From assembly GCA_964016885.1 (NCBI GenBank), contig OZ024740.1:166780001-166844000 (forward strand): a DNA stretch of 64,000 nucleotides, given 5' to 3'. Position numbers and translations under genes: made by a program. This document shows, piece by piece, positions 25,825 through 38,160 of the stretch. The notes under the pieces are model-generated. The model saw nothing but the letters and a program-made list of their open reading frames with translations, made no database searches and had not been told where the DNA came from. Each line of letters begins with the position of its first letter. Within the stretch, counting starts at the first letter, position 1. The DNA is from Eledone cirrhosa (taxonomy: Eukaryota).

Positions 25825-26382
25825 CATAGATAGATAAGAATTGGGGAGTCTTCTAGCAATCTAAATTATGATAAATGTTATATATTATGCATATAATGTT
25901 AAGTTATTCATCTTCAAAACTAATGTATACGCTTTTTCTTCAACTGCCCTTCTTGACTATCAATCAGAAGAGTTAAAAAGTATATGACACAACTGTGCAG
26001 GTAAATCCTCAAGAAATACCAGGTCACATAGTATCATATATACTGTCAAGCAGCAGAGAACCATATTCGAATATGATTTCCATAATTAACATTTGAGTCA
26101 AAGAGTTCAATATGTTGAATAGAATATGTCTGTGATTTTTGAAGTTTTGAGAAAACATACATTAAATCAATGAAACAACGTTGATCTATATATTTGATTA
26201 TCTTATTCCTTCTTACTTTCAATGACAATCAATTTTGATCACCCCCACCCCCCACCCCTTTCGTTTATTCATTGAATATTTTTTATTGAAAAACGTTATT
26301 CTTGCTTACATATCTTTCAATCTATAGCTTTCCTGCAATCTTGCATACAATAACATAACGATACGCGTTTACACAAACACAG

Positions 26383-26436
<54 letters not shown>

Positions 26437-26441
26437 ATACT

Positions 26442-26535
<94 letters not shown>

Positions 26536-26933
26536 TATATTTATACATATATCATAACGAGTCGCGACCCTGCACCTCTCCTCATCCCGTTTTAACAGCT
26601 AGTTCGGGTTAAGATGCTACCTAATCTGAATAATAAAATCCATCACAACAGATAAATATATTCCTACTTTCTTACAATATCCATTAGGTTATTTCTTTTC
26701 TCTACATCTAAATTTATGCGTGAATTTACATTTCATTCCTTTAAATTATTTTTTCATTCGTTTCGGAATCGCTAGGTTTTGATTTAACTTTACCGAATCA
26801 TAGAAAGTTTAAGAAATCAAGAATATATTGGAAACGCCACGTACATTTGGCACCATTTCAGTTTTAATTATTCAAATTATTCTAGGCCTGTGATGTATAA
26901 TTGTCAGAAGACAACCAATAGGAGTCAAGACGG

Positions 26934-26999
26934 TATAGTACAGTATAAATGAGTACTGAATATATATATATATTCAGTACTCATTTATACTGTACTATA
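26934..26999. repeat. Perfect palindrome centred on (TA)n
   Basis: TATAGTACAGTATAAATGAGTACTGAA-(TA)n-TTCAGTACTCATTTATACTGTACTATA. Confidence 0.9.
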
Positions 27000-27011
27000 A
27001 TAGACAATTAT

Positions 27012-27046
<35 letters not shown>

Positions 27047-27052
27047 CATACA

Positions 27053-27141
27053 ATAATTGTTTCTACATTTGGCACAAGGCCAGCAATTACCCAGTACGTT
27101 ACTGGTACTTTATTTTATCGATCCCGTAAGGATGAAAGGCA
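27053..27141 (-). mobile_element. SINE family A 3' fragment
   Basis: Core match. Confidence 0.85.
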
Positions 27142-27480
27142 ATAATGAGAAGTTCAGATATATGTGCATACATACATATGTATGTATGCACATACATGTA
27201 TATATAAACATATATTTTTTTCACAAGTATGTGAGATTGTGTGTTGTCGACCTTAACTAGTGTTGCTTTATGATTATGAGAGACAAGATAATCGAAATAA
27301 TTAAATTGACACAATATCAAAGCTATGTAAAATATTATAAAGTAAGAAGAAATAATAGACACAAATATATACTTATTTTTTCTTCAATGTCCCGACTTCA
27401 CATACTTGTGAAAAAAAAATATATATATGTTTATATATACATGTATATGTATGTATGCACATATATCTGTGTACCTCAAT

Positions 27481-28309
27481 TGTAGCAATGTGGCTAGTCA
27501 GTGTGGTAACTACTTCTGATCAGATCCGAGAATAGCCCTTAAAAGGACTGTTATCGCATACGGTCTGATTGGATCTGAGGGTAGCCCTTAAAAGGACTGT
27601 TGCCACATGCGGTAAGGATGAACAGACGAAAGCACAAGTTGAAAGGACGAGCAAAGCGAGAGATTAGTTTCGGTCAGCTATTTATTTCCATACATGAAGC
27701 GACGATACAGAGGTACAAGGCGTGTGTGAGTGACAAGCGTGGCAGAGAAGAGGAACAACGATACGCGAGTTGACTCTGCCAAAGGTCGACTGGTGAAAGT
27801 GTTTGGAATCACTCTATTTATACAAAAATAATCGTTTGATATTTAGCCGCTGCGTAGGCGTTTTATTTTGGTGGCTTTAAGAGTTGTTTGTTTCACGGTG
27901 AGGTAGCAAGCTAAGCAGATAGATGGAGCTGTTTATTTCACAGATGTTATTTCCGGTGGCTGTACATTAGCCCACTACCAGATCTTTTGTACAACAAAAC
28001 AGCGAAATATCGTATAGTAATGAATCAGCGGTGCATTTGTCATGATAATAGCCCAAGGAGTGTCTAGCACGTTGTGAAGTTTGGTGATCATCGAGTATAG
28101 GACAGAGTCGATGTAGAGATATGGCAAGATGTGTGTCAGGAAAATACAATAAAAAAAAAATAACTCCCTCACGGTAGAGTAACCACGGAAGTATAGTGAC
28201 TGCCTTCAAACAAACACTATATACACTTCCAGTCAACCTTAACACCCTTTGTAGCCTCTGTATCATATTAATATCCCCCTCCGCCTTGTGAGATATTTTA
28301 CCTGCTACA
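27481..28309 (-). mobile_element. Solo-LTR-like segment
   Basis: Termini TGTAGCA...TGCTACA (7-bp inverted, TG..CA). On the minus strand TATAAATAG (27814-27822) is followed by AATAAA (27681-27686). No clear target-site duplication. Confidence 0.55.
27583..27598 (-). promoter_or_regulatory. Histone-mRNA-type 3' stem-loop (second copy at 27534-27549)
   Basis: Minus strand CAAC-AGTCCT-TTTA-AGGGCT-ACCC: 6-bp stem, 4-nt UUUA loop, ACCC 3' flank. Duplicated with 49-bp period. Confidence 0.55.
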
Positions 28310-28600
28310 AGGGATTTAGTCCCCTTTCTTGACCGTGGTATCTTAAGTGATAGAGATTCCCTCGGCCTTTTTGAGATTTTCTCGCAAACTACGGACGTGT
28401 CTAGTTAGCGCCCTTCCCTGAGGTGCTCCCTTGAAAAGGTGGCTTACCTCACAACAATGTTACATCTCTATGATATAAGATTTTTGCATAGTGACCAGCG
28501 AAACTGTACAGTCGGGACATTAAAAAATAGGTATATATTTGTGTCTATTATTTCTTCTTACTTTATAATATTTTATATATATTATATATATATATATAAT

Positions 28601-28884
28601 TATTTAATGTATAATAAATAATACAATATAATTACCTCATTACCAGAGATTTCCCGAATAAGACTGATACAAGAAATGTCGGCATTCGTTCGTCAGACAA
28701 GGCAATTTAAAACATAGTGAAATATTTTAAAAATCTCCTTAAGAAAGGAGGTTTTTCAAATATTTCACTATGTTTTAAATTGCCTTGTCTGACGAAAGAA
28801 TGCGGACATTTCTTGTACCCGTCTTATTCGGGAAACCTCTGGTAATGAGGTAATTATATTGTATTGTTTATTATACATTAAATA
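28601..28884. repeat. ~284-bp near-perfect palindrome with a hammerhead in each arm
   Basis: Arms pair from the centre CTCCTT-aaga-AAGGAG outwards to TATTTAATGTATAATAAA / TTTATTATACATTAAATA. Confidence 0.95.
28780..28853 (+). ncRNA. Type I hammerhead ribozyme motif (mirror copy 28632-28705, minus)
   Basis: Stem I TTGCCTTGT/ATGAGGTAA, CTGACGA, long stem II, GAAA, stem III CC-tct-GG, GUA triplet. Confidence 0.8.
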
Positions 28885-28948
28885 TATAGCTCAGTACCTT
28901 ACATAGAGGACTCTTCATTCCTCTGACTTTTGCAACGGAAACTTCAAC

Positions 28949-28990
<42 letters not shown>

Positions 28991-28993
<3 letters not shown>

Positions 28994-29064
28994 GATATTA
29001 ACAAATGGAATCTATATTTATAAATATAGTTTTATAAATATAGTTTCCATTTGTTAATATCGTA
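28991..29064. repeat. Palindrome from the family at about 43172-43430 and 60490-60620
   Basis: TACGATATTAACAAATGGAA.CTATATTTATAAA / TTTATAAATATAGTTTCCATTTGTTAATATCGTA. Confidence 0.85.
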
Positions 29065-29347
29065 TGTTTACTCCAAATACTTGTTGAGTGCTATATATCA
29101 ATTATAAAAATATTTGCTTTTTGTATCCCAACAATTTAAATAGAACTTTTGCATATATATATATATATATATATATTTCGTTTCTGAATTGGTTTAGCAA
29201 TATTCTTTATCTAAAAACGTGTGTTGAAACCGATATTGTTATACTTTAAGAGGGTCATGTTGCCAATAAGAAACATACCCACCAATTGCTTTCACATCAA
29301 TTTATTATACATTTCCGGTTGGTTGGTTTTTTTCCACAAGCGAATGG

Positions 29348-29868
29348 TTGTTCATATATTGTCAAAGTTCTTTTGTCACACAGTATGTGACCTCTTCAGT
29401 GACTGGGGGTTGCTTTCTTTGCTTTGCGCCTCTCCTTTGTTCTGTCCTACGCCATCTTGTTTGTGTGTGTGTTGTGTGATTAATTTGCGCATGTGTTACA
29501 TCCGGGTGTCTGTAGGTCTTTTTATTTGTTTAATTATTTGTTTATTTACATGTTACTAGTTAGTTGTTTGTTCTATGTGTGTGTTTTCATGTTGTCCTTA
29601 ATTGTAAGTTGTGATATTGCTATTCCATTCATGTTTTCTATTTAATTTTGGTTGGAGTTCATTTATGTAAATAAACAAATATATAAACCAATAAAAACAC
29701 ACACAGACACTCGGATGTAACACATGCGCAAACTAAGCACACAACACAGACAAAAACAAAATGGCGTAGGACAGAACAAAAGAGAGGCACAAAACAAAGA
29801 AAAGCATCCCCAGTCACTGAAGAGGTCACAGAATGTGTGACGAAAGAACTTTGACAATATATGAACAA
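29348..29868. repeat. Fold-back element with ~200-bp arms, hammerhead in each arm
   Basis: 29348-29551 is the reverse complement of 29664-29868. A third copy lies at about 31060-31260. Confidence 0.9.
29813..29855 (+). ncRNA. Minimal type I hammerhead motif (minus copies 29361-29403 and 31104-31146)
   Basis: GTCA-CTGAAGA-G-GTCACA-gaatg-TGTGAC-GAAA-GA(A/G)C-TT-TGAC. Confidence 0.75.
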
Positions 29869-29950
29869 TATATATATCGGAGCTCAGCCGTCGGTATTCT
29901 AAATATTTTCATATATATATACATATATATATATATAAAAGTATGTATAT

Positions 29951-30620
29951 GTGCATACATATATGTATACATACGTACAGTAGTATGTATATATATACAT
30001 ACATGCACACATATATATATGTACGTATGGATTTACTGAACATTTATTATAATGCTCGGTGTGTTTGTAAACCATCGTTGCCCTTTTGTTCCACACTAAC
30101 AAAGCTACGATGAACTAGTTTCAAGCTTATTAGCTATTGTCAGCACCGTATACCTTACTGCCAGATGATTGAACGTCTGAAAGTATATACTTTCCTTATG
30201 CATATTAACGACTGAGAAGTTTCATTTTGTTCATTTTTTCCGTCTATCGTTTTCGGTGCGCCCGGCCGATGATTAACTCACTCGATATGCAAATTGGGCT
30301 GCTCAGCCGTTAATATGCATAAGGAAAGTATATACTTTCAGACTTTCAATCATATGGCAGGAAGGTATACGGTGCTGACGATAGCTAATAAGCTTGAAAT
30401 TAGTACATCGTTCCTTTGTCAGTGTTGAACAAAAGGGCAACGATGGTTACTAAAAACTGTACGGCTTAATTCGGGATGTTTGTTTACAAACACACCGAGC
30501 ATTATAATAAATATTTGGTGAATCCATACGTACATATATATATATATATGTGTGCATGTATGTATATATACACACACTACTGTACGTCTGTATACATATA
30601 TGTATGTACGTATGCATACT
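29951..30620. repeat. Fold-back element with ~270-bp arms, hammerhead in each arm
   Basis: About 29951-30216 is the reverse complement of about 30302-30620; the right arm has a short insertion near 30449-30480. Confidence 0.9.
30370..30410 (+). ncRNA. Minimal type I hammerhead motif (minus copy 30108-30148)
   Basis: CGGTG-CTGACGA-T-AGC-taataa-GCT-T-GAAA-(C/T)TAG-TA-CATCG. Stem III is the palindrome CTAG in the minus copy. Confidence 0.8.
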
Positions 30621-30699
30621 TATATTTAAGTAACAGCCGTACCAAGAGTGAGAAATGACATTTCATTTCATTTTTTCCGTTTATATATATATATCAGAA

Positions 30700-30975
30700 A
30701 TCGATTTTTTTTAGAAATGAAAAAAAAACGAGGTGTCCTACACGAGTGAAAGTATAAGGAGAAAAGATGTAATAAAAAGTGCAGCTGCAGTCTTTTTTTT
30801 ATATATTTATTTGGTTCCTTTACCGGTTTTGCAGTTCGTGTGCTTTTCAAAAGTACAAGAACTGCAAAACCGGTAATTTTGAAAAGCACAAGAACTGCAA
30901 AGCCGGTAAAGGAAGCAAATAAATATATTTAAAAAAAAAAGACTGCAGTCCCATTTTCGATTTCATCTCTTTTCC
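30700..30975. repeat. Fold-back element carrying degenerate U3-A8-type hammerhead motifs
   Basis: Inverted arms about 30755-30853 and 30878-30975; homologous to 61510-61800. Confidence 0.8.
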
Positions 30976-31308
30976 TTTTTTTATTGGGGGGGGGGGGGGG
31001 GTCTCATGTTGTCAATAAAATAACAAGCACCTGATGGTTTCACTTCATATTATTATAAGTTCCTGGTTTGTTCGTTCGATAACCGGAAGGTTGTTTATAT
31101 ATTGACAAAGCTCTTTCGTCACACATACTGTGACCTCCTCAGTGACTTGGTTATTTTGCGTGTCTCTACTTTGCTTGATTCTATACCATTTTGATTTTGT
31201 GCGTTGCATGCGCAAAATAAGCTCGCAACACACAACACACAAAAACAAATATATCTGTAAATATATATGTATATATATGTACATATATATAATAATATAT
31301 ATATAACA

Positions 31309-31438
<130 letters not shown>

Positions 31439-31453
31439 TATATATATGTTTAT

Positions 31454-31500
<47 letters not shown>

Positions 31501-31509
31501 TATATATAT

Positions 31510-31568
<59 letters not shown>

Positions 31569-32298
31569 TATCTATATATAGACATATTTATAGGACACAA
31601 TTTGTGGGCGTTTAAATGAAGGCAACAGAACAAAATGATCACAGCTGGGAAATGAAAATCTCAGAGCCAGATAACAAAGGAAATCAATGGTCATGCATTC
31701 AGCCAATATATAGACATTTTGAGAGGGTGAGAGACAGACAGAGAGAATGAAAGAGAGAGAGGTGTGAGTAATGGAGAGAGCGTGAGTGCGAGAGAATGAG
31801 AGGCAGAACGAAGGAGAGAGTGGGATATGCATGTAAATATACTTTCTTCTCCCACTGGTCTAAAGAATACGAAACATTAATTTATTTATAAAATAATTGT
31901 ATCAAATATTTTTCACAATATAAATTCCATTTTTTTTTTCAATTCTTAAATGCAATATATTTATCCGTCATTATTTTGTACTGAACGAACCAAAAGAGTA
32001 TTTAAACAATCTGCCAATGATTATTAGCGGCGTATTATTTATAGATATTAAATAATAAAATTTAAATAAATATTAAGATGAACTATGGCATGTAGTAATA
32101 AACCGAAAAAAGAATACATTTCCCCAAAGAACCCATCTCGTATTAAATGAAAGTGAACTTATAATACGTAGAGACGCATATATATATGTGCGCGTATGCA
32201 TATATGTCTATCACGACACAAAATAACACCACACACACTCACATACACGCACACACTCACATACACGCACACACGCGCGCACGCAAACACACACATGG

Positions 32299-32373
<75 letters not shown>

Positions 32374-32917
32374 CAATTATAGTTACACACAAAATATTCG
32401 CCAGAACCAACCAACTATCAGAAGAGATATTTGTGAAGTGTTGAAAAACTATAGGATATGATTAAATCCAAATGTAGTCAATTGTCTATTGTTTACCGAT
32501 ATATATAGCTCACCAAAGCCTTCCTTAAAAGAGATTATATTTCTTCACTCAATATATTTCATATGATCAAAATCAATCCAATATAGAACGTGCTGAACAT
32601 ATTGTTTTGCATATACATATCGATTTTTGTTTGGAATATTACTCATTATATATTACTCCATTTCTACATTCATTAATTTGTGATATGTTTTCATTTAATA
32701 CATTTTATAGATTATGCGTTAATTAAAGGTTGTGTAGAACGATTGCTACTCTAACATATATTTTACAGACTGACAACCCTCCCTGTCCGACGAGTAGATC
32801 TACCACCCACTTTGGGATAGGTGAGAGATGTCTTCTCTTGTGAACATAAGTATAGCTTCCATTATGTAGAATCTCCCCATTTTGTCTCATTTCTTCTCGT
32901 TTTGCGGCATTATTAAA

Positions 32918-33087
32918 TGGTGGATTGGCAGTATCGGTAGAGGGTCGGACGCCATGCTTTCCAGCATAGTTACGTCCCTTTACGATCTGAGTTCAAATCC
33001 CGCCGTGGTTGACTTTGCCTTTCATCCTTACGACGTCGATAAAATAAAATACCAGTAATGCACTGGTTAATTGCTGAAACAATTATT
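32918..33087 (+). mobile_element. SINE family A
   Basis: Core match; TSD ATTATTAAATG at 32909-32919 and 33082-33092. Confidence 0.9.
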
Positions 33088-33376
33088 AAATGATATTCCG
33101 CGTTTGGGATTTTAGAGGTTGCCAGGTCTAATTTTATTCGTGCAATTGTTCCTAAATATTCTTATATATATAAAGATTCCCTTGCGAATGGGGCTCCGTC
33201 AAAGTTCGGGACCTTGTCCTCTTGAAATCTAGATGGGATGGCATGCAATGTTATTTAGAAAAATTAATTATTTCTCACAAAAATGCACATACACACACGC
33301 ATGCACACACACAGACAGACACACACACCCACATACAGATACACACACACACATATATATGTATCTCTCTCTCTCT

Positions 33377-33477
<101 letters not shown>

Positions 33478-33654
33478 TGTGTAAATGTGTACTGGTATAG
33501 TACCCGTCAAAATGAATTTATAGTAAAATTAATGTTACATTTCATAGTTTCTGGATTATAACATTCTACATAAATATGCTTGCATACTCAGAAATAGTCC
33601 TTTTTTTTTTACTGTGAAAAATATATCTTACTAACTACCCTTCCATCTTTAGTT

Positions 33655-33998
33655 AGTTTAAACGCTATAACTAAACTGGCACTGGCACTCTGTCATTTTT
33701 GACGACGAGCGTTTCAGTTGATACGATCAATGAAACAGCCTGCTCGTGAAACTACCGGGCAAATGGCTGAGCATTCTACAGTCACGCTTACCATTTCTCA
33801 GGGTGATGTAGCGTGACACAGAATGCGGCAAGGCCGACCCTTCGAATTACAGGCACAACTTATTTTTATCAAGTGAGTCACGTGAACAATGTAAAATATA
33901 GTGTCATGTTCACGGACACAACGCACTACCGTGGATCAAACACACGACCTTACGATTGTGTGCCGAAAATTCTAACAACTAAGCCACTTGACCCTTCA
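33655..33998 (-). mobile_element. tRNA-derived SINE, family B
   Basis: Minus strand begins GTGAAGGGTCAAGTGGCTTAGTTGTTAG (A-box-like); body homologous to 25400-25620. Confidence 0.75.
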
Positions 33999-34035
33999 CG
34001 TTTAAACGTTATATATATAATACATACACTACACA

Positions 34036-34102
<67 letters not shown>

Positions 34103-34129
34103 ATAATATATATATATATATATATAATA

Positions 34130-34769
34130 CTAGCTAAAGTACCCGTCATTTGGACGGTTCAAGTAGCTTTCGATGTAGCTCATTAAACTAAACAAAGTAA
34201 ATTTGAATACATAGAAGAAAAACGTACTCTATGTAAACATGAACACCTTAGGCACTATTCCAGCGAAATAATTAATATGTGAGCTCGGTGTCATCCGTTA
34301 TCCCATGTAATAACAGAAATCCAGTCTAGGTATGAATTTTTTTGACAACAGTAAAACCTTTAGTTTCAAGTACAAAGAGTAAACTAAAATCCGAATGAGC
34401 CAAATTGTAATAATCAAAATCCGAAAATAAAATGTTTGACAACATCAAAAATGTGTTCCTATTGTATTGATGAAACATTCCTCGTGTCTTACTTAATCAC
34501 GAAATATTGACGAAAGATAACTCTTGTCTTACTTAATCACGAAAGTTGACACAAATAATGGAAACTTTTTTAATGTCTCCAAAGGCCCCAATATCGATTG
34601 TTGAAAGCCTTTTTAGATAATGTACAGGTTTTGTGCAAGGAGAAGTTCTGTAGAAACTGTCAAAGAAATCGCATGAATGGTTTAGAATATATGAGTCTTC
34701 ATTAAACATTGTCCACACACACATACACACACATACAGAAATCGACATCTTTATATATATATATACAGA
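34130..34769 (-). mobile_element. Non-autonomous Helitron-like element
   Basis: Minus strand A|TCTGTATATATA... start; 3' hairpin CCGTC-caaat-GACGG then CTAG|T. Confidence 0.65.
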
Positions 34770-35408
34770 TATACAAATGGAAGTACAGCATACTCGAATT
34801 TCGAGCCGTAGCTAAGCCGTCGAATGCAATCAGAAGTACAGCCAAGCACTCTATAAGTTATAAAACCTTATAGTAATAACATACCGTTTAAAGGGCTTTT
34901 CAAATTGAAGATATAGACCGGTAATTCAGCCGCGAGGACCCTAGCAACGGTAGAACTGACTCGCGAGAAAAAATACATATATATATAACAAACCTGGACC
35001 AGAACTTCGATATTTTGCAATATCTAAGTTAGGTTTCTGTAAATCCGAAATCTACAAAACCGCTTGCGGTGTATGCAAGTTATTGGTTCTGGAAGATCGA
35101 ACAGAGGATTTACTTTTGTCAACAGGCTTCCGTTCAGACGCCAGGCCGGTTGTGAGTGAGCACATGCTTCTCCAAAGGGAGCTAACACCCGGTTGTTGAC
35201 GGTCACATTCAAATTATGAGCAATGGAATAAGTTCCGTACACAAACTGAATTAAGCACTCAACCAGATTGTTATTAAACAAACATAAATAATTAACCAAT
35301 CAATAGAATTGTCTAATTAAATTAATCAATTAATCAATTGGTCTAGGAGATAGTAATACAAATGGAAGTACAGCATATTCGAAGCTCTAACCGCAGCTAA
35401 GCCGACGA

Positions 35409-35450
<42 letters not shown>

Positions 35451-35527
35451 CGGCGATGAATTAGTTTTGCGAGGTTTTTTATATGAAATTCTGGCAATAT
35501 TACGCAAATATGACCCTCCCCAAATAT

Positions 35528-35592
<65 letters not shown>

Positions 35593-35744
35593 TAAACAAA
35601 TAATGAATAAACAATGAAACAGTTCCTTATATTAAACAAAAAAAGTTCATTATTTAACGATCGTTTCTAGGATATATATGTGTTAGAATTGGCATGCATA
35701 TTCAACAGATCTATTTATCTACATATATATATATATATATATAA

Positions 35745-36150
35745 TATATAAGATCAAAAGATGTTTAAAAGAGTTCCATGTATTTTATTATAAGCATTTC
35801 AAAAACAAATATCATCATGTAATAACATTTGTGTTTTCATCAGATAAAATAGGAAGATATGAAGGTTAAAAAACACTTGTGGATAGTGCAGTTTTAAATC
35901 AACATATCAACTGCACTATCCACAAGTGTTTTTTAACCTTCATATCATATCTTCCTATTTTATCTGATGAAAACACAAATGTTATTACATAATGATATTT
36001 GTTTTTGAAATGCGCATAATAAAATACATGGAACTCTTTTAACCATCTTTTGATCTTATATATTATGTATACTCCAGTCCTACAAACTGTAGAGTGCTTC
36101 TTATCCGATATCTGCATTGCTTTATTGTACTACAATAAAACTTACCTCCT
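35745..36150. repeat. Fold-back element with ~150-bp arms, hammerhead in each arm
   Basis: About 35745-35893 is the reverse complement of about 35910-36061. A solo plus copy lies at about 62400-62660. Confidence 0.95.
35956..36026 (+). ncRNA. Type I hammerhead ribozyme motif (minus copy about 35781-35851)
   Basis: Stem I TATTTTAT/ATAAAATA, CTGATGA, stem II AAACACAAATGTTATT..AATGATATTTGTTTTT, GAAA, palindromic TGCGCA, AUA triplet. Confidence 0.85.
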
Positions 36151-36229
<79 letters not shown>

Positions 36230-37269
36230 CTTCTGGTCAAGCTTGCGAATTATATTATACGCCAATATCTAATTATATAAAACCTAATAAAATGTAACGT
36301 GCATGCACACGCACATATAACATGCGTATTTATGATAACTATATTTCCCCATTTTCATAAAAATACACTGAAACATAATTAGTATATATTTATATTTATC
36401 TTCATATATGTGATTTTCCTTTAGTGGATGTCTGTCTATGAGCAAAACGCATCATACGTAAGGAGCTGCACGTAAATACAGACGTTTATTATATCAGTGT
36501 GTGTGCACATGTCTACATATGCAACATACTGGCAACATGAATTACTAGGGAGTAGTTTATATCTCCTATACGAAAGTTTGGCAATAACATACTTCAAATA
36601 CAATTCTAATACGTAGAAAAATGAAGCCCAAATATAAAGGCTATAACCAAGAATTCTGACAAGTTTCCATTCTATTTCACCAATCAATTTATAATATTAT
36701 ATTCGTTTATTTATTAATACTTTTATCAACCTCACCATCGTCATCATTCTCCGCGTCGTCACCATCCATTTCCTTATTATAATCATCGGCACCTCCCCTA
36801 CCACACTGAACACCACCAACACAACCACCCATAATAACAAAAACAACAATAAAAACTTCAACACTAATTCCAGCACCATATCGTTATCATCTTCATCATT
36901 ATCTAAATTAAATTTAGCTTTTTAAAAACTCTTCTTCTTCTTCTTCTTCTTCTTCTTCTTCTTCTTCTTCTTCTTCTTCTTCTTCTTTATCATTATCAAC
37001 GAAAGTGGCATGAACATCATCATCGTTACCACCTCCACCAATGGCGCCATCGACAACCCTAATAATACATGACCACCAATTCTATAGTCATGCCACAACA
37101 GATTATGAATGTGCTATTGATGAGAACCAACGATCTAGTAATTTCTTGATAATTTTGATCGTGCCAGGGAGGAAAACATTTTGCGATAGCTCTACCGAAC
37201 ACTCTATCCATATCTATTATTCATGTCCCGCTCAATATGTTTGTATACTGTCTCCAAGGCCCCAACTAT

Positions 37270-38160
37270 AATCGACACTATCATTACCTTTATTTATTCA
37301 TATTTGAGATGATTGAACATGTCGATGTTTTCACCTTCCTTCTTAAATATCCGTGAGTAAAATAGGCATGTACCGGCGATTACCACTCACACATGTTTTA
37401 ATTTTCCACCAACACGAAGTCGAGTTTGTTGTGTCCAAGCAACTGACCCGTTTTAAGTGAGAAATCCCACAGGATTTTTATGTCTCCATTACATTCATTC
37501 CCTATTGTTTGTGGTCGTACAATGTATTACCTCTATCTAACCCACACTTTTAACAGTTTTCATTGCAGAACGTTTGCCATCTCTTTATGTTTGCACAATT
37601 TATACTGGTTTTGGACAACTCGGGTACATTCCGTTACAGCTTTCTCATCTTCCTGTGTCCACTTCAGAATTCCCGCTCCATAGTGAACCACTGCAAATGC
37701 ACACGAATTTACCGCCGAAATTCGTTTTCGGTATTCAGCTTTGAATCCAATATCTCTCTCAACTGTCGCAGATACTTTTTCTTTGCCTTTTCCTTCATAT
37801 CATCAAGATTAATTCGGCCTGGCTGAAAGATTACCAGGTACTTATATTCCGATTCAGTTTCAATTACCTTCATCATTCAACACTTGAATATATTTAAAAT
37901 ATTCTTCTTTTGAACCCTGCCACAGAACATTTTCAATGTATAAACACCATCTAAATATCATTTGAGAAAATCCGCAGAAAATGGTCTGTGCTGTCTAATT
38001 CTGCCTCATCGTTTGTGTACAGCTTCAAATCATCTATGAATAGCAGGTGATTGAGCTTTCTTTTACAATCCCCAGTATTGATACGCCAAATTTATCTTCC
38101 TCAATATTTCACTCAATGGAATCAGTTTTAACACAAATATAAATGAGGATACACTGTTCT
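37270..38160 (-). mobile_element. R4/Dong-like non-LTR retrotransposon RT relic
   Basis: Minus strand LNHLLFIDDLKLYTNDEAELDS and YKYL..F...INLDDMKEKAKKKYLRQLREILDSKLN; many stops and frameshifts. Confidence 0.7.
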
